Positions 1-4,550 of a stretch of DNA of 4,550 nucleotides are shown piece after piece. Every line of letters begins with the position of its first letter. Position 1 is the stretch's first letter. The position numbers and the translations under genes are program-made. Under the pieces are notes generated by a model that was not told where the DNA came from, ran no database searches, and saw only the letters and a program-made list of their open reading frames with translations. This stretch comes from a virus. Its lineage: Duplodnaviria > Heunggongvirae > Uroviricota > Caudoviricetes. The stretch is taken from IMG/VR virus record IMGVR_UViG_3300018471_000187. One strand, written 5' to 3'.

Positions 1-30
1 CTGGAGTTCAGACGTGTGCTCTTCCGATCT
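1..30. other. Illumina TruSeq-type sequencing adapter (reverse complement of AGATCGGAAGAGCACACGTCTGAACTCCAG); non-biological
   Basis: Positions 1-30 read ctggagttcagacgtgtgctcttccgatct, the exact reverse complement of the first 30 nt of the standard TruSeq adapter. The same adapter is present in forward orientation at 4517-4550. Confidence 0.95.
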
Positions 31-77
31 TGGCAAAAACTGATCCCGAGTCAGGCTGATTCTTAATGTTCAACTGT

Positions 78-109
78 CGCCGGTTGTGACTGGTATTCTG
101 CAACCGGCG
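78..109. repeat. Inverted repeat / stem-loop: 9-bp GC-rich stem (cgccggttg / caaccggcg) with a 14-nt loop, upstream of xis; function unknown
   Basis: Positions 78-86 are the perfect reverse complement of 101-109. No U-tract follows on either strand, so it is not a canonical intrinsic terminator. Confidence 0.5.
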
Positions 110-138
110 CTCGTCTGATGTAAGAGATAAAGAAATCG

Positions 139-390
139 ATGAGCGAAGTAATCATGATTGTCTCTCCCGGCAAATGGGTATCCGAAGAGCAGTTAATTGC
201 GCTGAAAGGAATAAAAAAAGGTACGTTAAAAAAGGCCCGGGAAAAATCGTTTATGGAAGGAAGGGAATATAAGCATGTCGCTCATGACGGTATGCCATGG
301 GATAACAGTCCATGCTTTTACAACCTGGAAGAAATTGATCGCTGGATTGAGCGCCAGGCATCAGCGAGACCAAGACGTCATCTTACTTGA
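139..390 (+). CDS. xis: Phage excisionase-like protein (lambda Xis-like small DNA-binding protein), 83 aa
   Basis: Small basic ORF immediately upstream of the integrase on the same strand. It contains a GREY motif in a context resembling lambda Xis (DGREYLFHESA in lambda versus EGREYKHVAHDG here). The start is ambiguous between ATG 139 and ATG 154, with no strong Shine-Dalgarno for either. Confidence 0.6.
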   Translation: MSEVIMIVSPGKWVSEEQLIALKGIKKGTLKKAREKSFMEGREYKHVAHDGMPWDNSPCFYNLEEIDRWIERQASARPRRHLT

Positions 391-424
391 CTAAAAGCCA
401 CACTAACTAATGAGAGAAGTTGAA

Positions 425-1705
425 ATGAAATATCCGACAGGCGTGGAAAACCATGGAGGGAAATTACGTATCTGGTTTGTTTATAAAGGCGTAAGAGTCA
501 GGGAAAATCTGGGGGTTCCTGACACAGCAAAAAACAGGCGCGTTGCAGGTGAACTACGCTCCTCTGTTTGTTACGCAATAAAAACTGGTGTTTTCGACTA
601 TGCAAAACAGTTTCCCTCCTCACGCAATCTGGAAAAATTTGGTGAGGCCCGACAAGATTTAACCATAAAAGAACTGGCTGAAAAATTTCTGGCACTGAAA
701 GAAACTGAAGTCGCCAAAACATCACTCAACACATACCGTGCCGTCATCAAAAATATCCTGAGCATAATCGGTGAAAAAAATCTTGCCTCATCGATTAATA
801 AAGAAAAATTACTGGAGGTTCGTAAAGAGCTACTGACTGGATACCAGATCCCCAAAAGTAACTATATTGTTACACAACCAGGGAGATCGGCTGTAACTGT
901 AAATAATTACATGACAAATCTTAACGCCGTGTTCCAGTTTGGTGTTGATAACGGTTACCTGGCAGATAACCCGTTTAAGGGGATCTCGCCATTAAAGGAA
1001 TCAAGAACCATTCCGGATCCTCTTTCGCGGGAGGAATTCATCCGTCTTATCGATGCGTGCAGAAATCAGCAAGCCAAAAATTTATGGTGTGTTTCTGTTT
1101 ATACTGGAGTTCGCCCTGGTGAGCTGTGTGCACTTGGATGGGAGGACATAGATCTGAAAAATGGAACAATGATGATCAGGAGAAATTTAGCAAAAGACCG
1201 TTTCACGGTACCAAAAACACAGGCGGGAACCAATCGGGTCATTCATCTTATTAAGCCAGCAATCGACGCTCTCCGGAGTCAGATGACATTAACGAGACTG
1301 AGCAAAGAGCATATCATTGATGTTCACCTCAGAGAGTATGGCAGAACAGAAAAACATAAATGCACCTTTGTTTTTCAACCTGAAGTGTCAGCGAGAGTAA
1401 AAAATTATGGTGACCATTTTACCGTTGACTCAATAAGGCAGATGTGGGACGCAGCGATAAAACGTGCCGGACTCCGCCATCGAAAATCATATCAGTCGAG
1501 ACATACTTATGCCTGCTGGTCGCTGACAGCTGGTGCTAATCCGGCATTTATAGCAAACCAGATGGGCCATGCAGATGCGCAAATGGTATTTCAGGTATAC
1601 GGAAAATGGATGTCTGAAAACAATAATGCACAGGTAGCTTTGTTAAATACACAGTTAAGCGAGTTTGCCCCAACCATGCCCCATAACGAAGCAATGAAAA
1701 ATTAA
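425..1705 (+). CDS. intQ: Tyrosine-type site-specific recombinase (phage integrase, IntQ/IntR-like), apparently full length at 426 aa
   Basis: N-terminus PTGVE...RIWF is typical of Rac/Qin-family integrases. The catalytic-domain motifs are present: VRPGEL (box I Arg), SRHTYACW (box II Arg) and GHADAQMVFQVY (His with the Tyr nucleophile 10 residues later). Start chosen at ATG 425 (MKYPTGVE), which has a purine-rich GAGAGAAG 5 nt upstream; the in-frame ATG at 410 has no SD. The gene symbol is by positional analogy to K-12 intQ, from memory. Confidence 0.85.
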   Translation: MKYPTGVENHGGKLRIWFVYKGVRVRENLGVPDTAKNRRVAGELRSSVCYAIKTGVFDYAKQFPSSRNLEKFGEARQDLTIKELAEKFLALKETEVAKTSLNTYRAVIKNILSIIGEKNLASSINKEKLLEVRKELLTGYQIPKSNYIVTQPGRSAVTVNNYMTNLNAVFQFGVDNGYLADNPFKGISPLKESRTIPDPLSREEFIRLIDACRNQQAKNLWCVSVYTGVRPGELCALGWEDIDLKNGTMMIRRNLAKDRFTVPKTQAGTNRVIHLIKPAIDALRSQMTLTRLSKEHIIDVHLREYGRTEKHKCTFVFQPEVSARVKNYGDHFTVDSIRQMWDAAIKRAGLRHRKSYQSRHTYACWSLTAGANPAFIANQMGHADAQMVFQVYGKWMSENNNAQVALLNTQLSEFAPTMPHNEAMKN

Positions 1706-1892
1706 TTTAATATTTATCAAATAGTTGACACGTATGACTCTTGAAATCCATAAATTCAAGCGCAGTGCCCAGCCATCCCGATACTGCTGCTTTCACCAAA
1801 TCCTTAGTGCTTCTTTCATGTTTTTCTATTGTCATAATGGTTATCTCTAAAAAAGAGGTAAGATGCGTACTACTTACTCGCCGTTATTGGTA
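1706..1892. other. Prophage/host junction region expected to contain the attachment-site core (attL or attR); core not identified
   Basis: 187-bp non-coding gap between the convergent int stop (1703-1705) and rspB stop (1893-1895). Its int-proximal part (about 1706-1760) is AT-rich, as phage att arms often are. It contains a sigma70-like element, TTGACA (1725-1730), 18-nt spacer, CATAAA (1749-1754), reading towards rspB. Confidence 0.4.
1849..1879 (-). terminator. Candidate intrinsic terminator of rspB: imperfect 7-bp stem with one bulge followed by a T6 run on the minus strand
   Basis: Plus-strand gaggtaag (1855-1862) pairs with cttactc (1873-1879) around a 10-nt loop; the A6 run at 1849-1854 becomes the U-tract on the minus strand. 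It lies 14-44 bp downstream of the rspB stop. The stem is AT-rich and weak. Confidence 0.35.
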
Positions 1893-2912
1893 TTATTCAG
1901 AAAAAGTGAGTAAGACTTTGCAGCAATGTTTTTGATCCTGTTCAAATAAACTAATGGCATCAGCAACATGCTGGAAATCAAACGTATGGGTAATTAATTT
2001 TTCTGGTTTAATTAACCCTTTACTTAACCAGTCGATAACAACCGGAAATTTATTTGCATTTAAGCGTGAAGAGAAAATAGAGAGTTCTTTTCCGGTAATT
2101 CCTTGCTGAATCACTTCAGACGGTTCACTGGAGAAGCCCATCAATACAATACGTGCCGCTGGAGAAGCCAGCGTTACGGCCTCTTTCAGGATAGAAGGAT
2201 GACAAGCCGCATCGATAATTAATGTCGGCTTGATGCCTTTTTCAGCGAAAATCTCGCCAAGCGGTGTCTGGCTGTTATTAATCGCCCTGTCTGCCCCGCT
2301 CTCTTTCGCTTTTTCCAGTCGTTCATCAATGCGATCGGCAACAATCACATTTTTAACGTTATAGACGCCTTTTAATACCTGAACGATCGTCAGGCCGATT
2401 GGACCGGCACCATAAACCAGAACGGTATCATTTTCAGTCGGTTGACCATGACCGGTAACGTTAGCCGCAATGGTAAAAGGTTCGATCATCACCGCATATT
2501 GATCGGCCACTGCTTCAGGAATTTTCCACGCATTTTTTGCCGGAACCACGGCATATTCACTGAAACCACCGTCAGCGTGCACACCTAATACAGCAAGTGT
2601 CGTACAAACGTTCGGCTTACCTATAGAGCACGGATAGCAATGCCCACAGCTGACCACCGGATCGACAGCAACACGTTCACCGACTCTGGCGCTTTCCACG
2701 CCGTCACCCACCGCATCAATGACGCCAAAGAATTCATGTCCAATGACGCGCGGATATTTCACAAAAGGATTATGCCCACGATAAATATGGCTATCAGAAC
2801 CACAAATTCCGGCAAGTTTCACTTTTACTCGTACTTCACCCGCTGACGGGGTGGGTATTTCACGTTCGACAATCGCCAGTTGATTCGGTTTTTCAATTAA
2901 TATGCTTTTCAT
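1893..2912 (-). CDS. rspB: Starvation-sensing protein RspB, Zn-dependent alcohol/polyol dehydrogenase family (MDR superfamily), 339 aa
   Basis: The translation carries the catalytic-zinc region GICGSDSH...GHEFFG, the structural-zinc motif CGHCYPCSIGKPNVC and the Rossmann motif VYGAGPIGL. Start set at ATG 2912-2910 (MKSILIEK) with SD AAGGAG 7 nt upstream; the longer track ORF beginning MELVRSKI would start inside rspA and lacks an SD. Length matches E. coli RspB from memory. Confidence 0.9.
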   Translation of the reverse strand: MKSILIEKPNQLAIVEREIPTPSAGEVRVKVKLAGICGSDSHIYRGHNPFVKYPRVIGHEFFGVIDAVGDGVESARVGERVAVDPVVSCGHCYPCSIGKPNVCTTLAVLGVHADGGFSEYAVVPAKNAWKIPEAVADQYAVMIEPFTIAANVTGHGQPTENDTVLVYGAGPIGLTIVQVLKGVYNVKNVIVADRIDERLEKAKESGADRAINNSQTPLGEIFAEKGIKPTLIIDAACHPSILKEAVTLASPAARIVLMGFSSEPSEVIQQGITGKELSIFSSRLNANKFPVVIDWLSKGLIKPEKLITHTFDFQHVADAISLFEQDQKHCCKVLLTFSE

Positions 2913-2919
2913 TATCTTA

Positions 2920-2925
2920 CTCCTT
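2920..2925 (-). promoter_or_regulatory. Shine-Dalgarno of rspB (AAGGAG) overlapping the rspA stop codon; translational coupling within the rspAB operon
   Basis: Minus-strand AAGGAG at 2925-2920; rspA stop TAA at 2926-2924; rspB ATG at 2912-2910. The intergenic gap is 11 nt. Confidence 0.6.
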
Positions 2926-4138
2926 ACCAGTTCCACAGCGTGCCATCTTCCAGACGTGCGACTGGTAGATAAGCAGGTTCATAGGGATATTTCGCCGCCA
3001 GCTTTTCATCGAATTCGATGCCAAGACCCGGTTTGTCTCCCGGATGCATATAGCCGTTATCGAAAGTCCAGTTGTGCGGGAAGACTTCGAGCATTTGTTC
3101 GGAATAACCCATGTATTCCTGGACACCGAAATTGGGGACCCACAGATCAAAGTGCAGCGCTGCAGCCATGCAGACTGGTGACAAATCGGAAGGACCGTGT
3201 GAGCCAGTACGTACCTGATACAGCGAAGCAAAATCGGCAATCCGGCGCATACCGGTAATTCCGCCTGCATGGGTCAGCGTGGTGCGGATATAATCGATGA
3301 GTTGCTCTTCAATCAGTTGTTTGCAGTCCCAGATGCTGTTGAAGACTTCACCCACTGCGATGGGTGTGACGGTATGTTGGCGAATGAGACGGAAGCATTC
3401 CTGGTTTTCTGCAGGCGTCGGGTCTTCCATCCAGAACATGCGATAATCTTCAATGCTTTTACCAAAGCGCGCCGCTTCAATAGGCGTTAAGCGATGGTGC
3501 ATGTCATGCAGCAAATGTTCATTAAAACCAAACTTGTTACGTACCGCGTCAAACAATTTCGGCATGAAATCGAGGTATTTCTCCGTCGACCACAGCTGCT
3601 CTTCCGGCCACTGTCCTTTGGTTGCGGGTTCATAAGCCAGACCTTTACCTTTCGACATGCCGTAGGTGGTTTTCATACCAGGGATTCCGCACTGCACGCG
3701 GATGGCTTTGAATCCCAGCTCCTGATGACGGGCATAATCATCCAGAGCTTCATCAATACTGTGACCGGTGGTATGGCAATAAACCATCACCCCTTCACGA
3801 GACGCGCCGCCGAGTAACTGGTAAAGCGGCATGTTGGCAGCTTTGGCTTTAATATCCCACAGCGCCATATCAACCGCTGAAATGGCCGACATCGTAACCG
3901 GACCGCGACGCCAGTAAGCACCTTTATAGAAAAACTGCCAGATATCTTCGATACGGTGCGCATCGCGACCAATAAGCTGCGGACAAAGGTGATCCTGCAA
4001 ATAAGAGGCCACGGAAAGCTCACGTCCATTGAGGGTGGCATCCCCAAGGCCCGTAATACCGTCCTCAGTGGTGATTTTTAATGTGACGAAATTACGCCCC
4101 GGACAGGTAACAAAAACTTCAGCCTTTACGATCTTCAT
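2924..4138 (-). CDS. rspA: Starvation-sensing protein RspA, enolase-superfamily D-mannonate dehydratase-like protein, 404 aa
   Basis: The translation [40 protein letters not shown]... and the FWMEDPT metal-binding region are characteristic of the ManD/RspA subgroup. Start set at ATG 4138-4136 with SD AAGGAA 6 nt upstream; the extra 11 N-terminal codons of the track ORF have no SD. Length matches E. coli RspA from memory. Confidence 0.9.
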
Positions 4139-4244
4139 GTTCGATTCCTTGCATCGCTTGTCGTGATGCATGAAATCTACGCAACTGAGCTACTACCATA
4201 CAAGTATGAAGATCGAAAAAAGCCGGAGTGATCACAAAAAAAGG

Positions 4245-4273
4245 CGTATATTTGCGCTGTGAATGGTTGACAA
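4245..4273 (-). promoter_or_regulatory. Weak candidate sigma70 promoter for rspAB: -35 TTGTCA, 17-bp spacer, -10 TATACG
   Basis: On the minus strand, TTGTCA is at 4273-4268 and TATACG at 4250-4245, about 100 nt upstream of the rspA ATG. The -10 lacks the conserved final T, so this is a low-confidence pattern match only. Confidence 0.2.
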
Positions 4274-4294
4274 AAGATGAAATAGAATACCTTT

Positions 4295-4306
4295 TGTCAG
4301 CTGACA
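4295..4306. promoter_or_regulatory. Perfect 12-bp palindrome TGTCAGCTGACA in the ynfA-rspA intergenic region; candidate transcription-factor operator
   Basis: Positions 4295-4306 are exactly self-complementary. The pattern T-GT-N6-AC-A fits the generic FadR/GntR-family half-site arrangement. It lies about 160 bp upstream of the rspA start and about 40 bp downstream of the ynfA stop. Confidence 0.3.
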
Positions 4307-4343
4307 CTTCCTCTTATCTTATTGATAAAATGGATTTATGTTC

Positions 4344-4516
4344 CTACGTGCGCCCCCAGCCCGCAACAATGATCAACATGCCGCAAAGCGCAATCAACGC
4401 ACCCGTCCAGTCATAAAGAGTCAGTTTCACGCCATCCACAACGCGCAGCCACATCAACGCCGTGCAGACATAAACGCCACCATAAGCCGCGTAAACACGC
4501 CCACTCGCCGCTGGAT
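4344..4516 (-). CDS. ynfA: UPF0060-family small inner-membrane protein YnfA, C-terminal portion only (5' end truncated by the fragment end and adapter)
   Basis: Translation [56 protein letters not shown], stop TAG at 4346-4344, matches the hydrophobic C-terminus of E. coli YnfA from memory. The first 12 codons of the track ORF ([12 protein letters not shown]) are encoded by adapter sequence and are not part of the gene. Confidence 0.75.
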
Positions 4517-4550
4517 AGATCGGAAGAGCACACGTCTGAACTCCAGTCAC
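4517..4550. other. Illumina TruSeq-type sequencing adapter AGATCGGAAGAGCACACGTCTGAACTCCAGTCAC; non-biological
   Basis: Exact 34-nt match to the standard TruSeq adapter sequence, in inverted orientation relative to positions 1-30. Confidence 0.95.

Larger units (their letters stand above)
31..1892 (+). mobile_element. Integration-proximal end of a lambdoid (Qin-like) prophage, carrying the xis-int module; the exact phage/host boundary lies somewhere in 1706-1892
   Basis: An excisionase-like ORF followed by a tyrosine integrase, both reading towards the host rspB gene. The region looks more AT-rich than the rspA side by eye (not computed). In E. coli K-12 the Qin prophage integrase sits at this position next to rspB (recalled, not searched). 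Confidence 0.7.

Noticed and set aside
498-855. Minus-strand ORFs 498-725 (75 aa) and 598-855 (85 aa)
   Set aside because: Both lie entirely antisense within the integrase coding region and have low-complexity translations with no recognisable domain. They are typical spurious ORFs opposite a real gene.
1706-1892. A tRNA or tmRNA gene as the integration target, which is common for tyrosine integrases
   Set aside because: No tRNA-like features (for example a GTTCGAATCC-type T-loop or an acceptor stem with CCA) are visible in the junction region. Integration here appears to be intergenic, downstream of rspB.
1741-1935. Plus-strand 64-aa ORF in the int-rspB intergenic region
   Set aside because: It depends on a TTG start with no Shine-Dalgarno, overlaps the 3' end of rspB on the opposite strand, and has a low-complexity translation. 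Probably non-coding, though a small phage gene at the att arm cannot be fully excluded.
2640-4047. Seven nested ORFs inside or antisense to rspB and rspA (2640-2846 +, 2902-3258 +, 2917-3270 -, 3269-3490 +, 3453-3635 +, 3494-3817 +, 3787-4047 -)
   Set aside because: All fall within the rspB/rspA coding regions in alternative frames or on the opposite strand. The rspA and rspB reading frames are full length with conserved motifs, so these are shadow ORFs.
4228-4235. GTGATCAC palindrome as a CRP binding site
   Set aside because: It contains TGA/TCACA-like half-sites but with no 6-bp spacer, so it does not fit the CRP consensus architecture. It is kept only as an observation.
4119-4416. ORFs 4119-4307 (-) and 4228-4416 (+) in the rspA-ynfA intergenic region
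   Set aside because: Both overlap the rspA start or the ynfA 3' end, lack convincing ribosome-binding sites and have no recognisable features. The region is better explained as the rspAB promoter and leader.
1-4550. Perfect terminal inverted repeats (1-30 versus 4521-4550), which could suggest a transposon or insertion sequence bounded by TIRs
   Set aside because: Both arms are exact Illumina TruSeq adapter sequence, so they are a library or assembly artefact, not biological TIRs. There is no transposase gene and no target-site duplication.
1-4550. CRISPR arrays, defence-system gene clusters, toxin-antitoxin pairs or other novel multi-gene systems
   Set aside because: No spaced direct repeats were seen, and every substantial ORF is accounted for by xis, int, rspB, rspA and ynfA. 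I do not see evidence for an undescribed system in this window.

Overview
This 4.55 kb window is an adapter-flanked fragment of an Escherichia-type chromosome, and I see no novel system in it. Both ends (1-30 and 4517-4550) are Illumina TruSeq-type adapter sequence in inverted orientation; they are technical, not biological. The insert (31-4516) holds the integration end of a lambdoid (Qin-like) prophage: an excisionase-like gene (139-390, +) and a full-length tyrosine integrase (425-1705, +). A 187-bp junction region (1706-1892) should contain the attachment-site core. The host rspB-rspA operon follows on the minus strand: rspB is a Zn-dependent dehydrogenase (1893-2912) and rspA an enolase-superfamily dehydratase (2924-4138), the two being translationally coupled. 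A 205-bp regulatory region (4139-4343) and the C-terminal part of ynfA (4344-4516, -) complete the window; ynfA is cut off by the adapter. All other ORFs in the six-frame track are nested or antisense inside these genes and are judged spurious. The points worth a second look are the adapter-derived chimeric ORF, the apparently intact integrase/excisionase pair at a locus where K-12 carries a defective integrase, the uncharacterised att junction, and a perfect 12-bp palindrome upstream of rspA. Every call rests on reading the sequence and the supplied translations plus recalled family knowledge; no database search was run.
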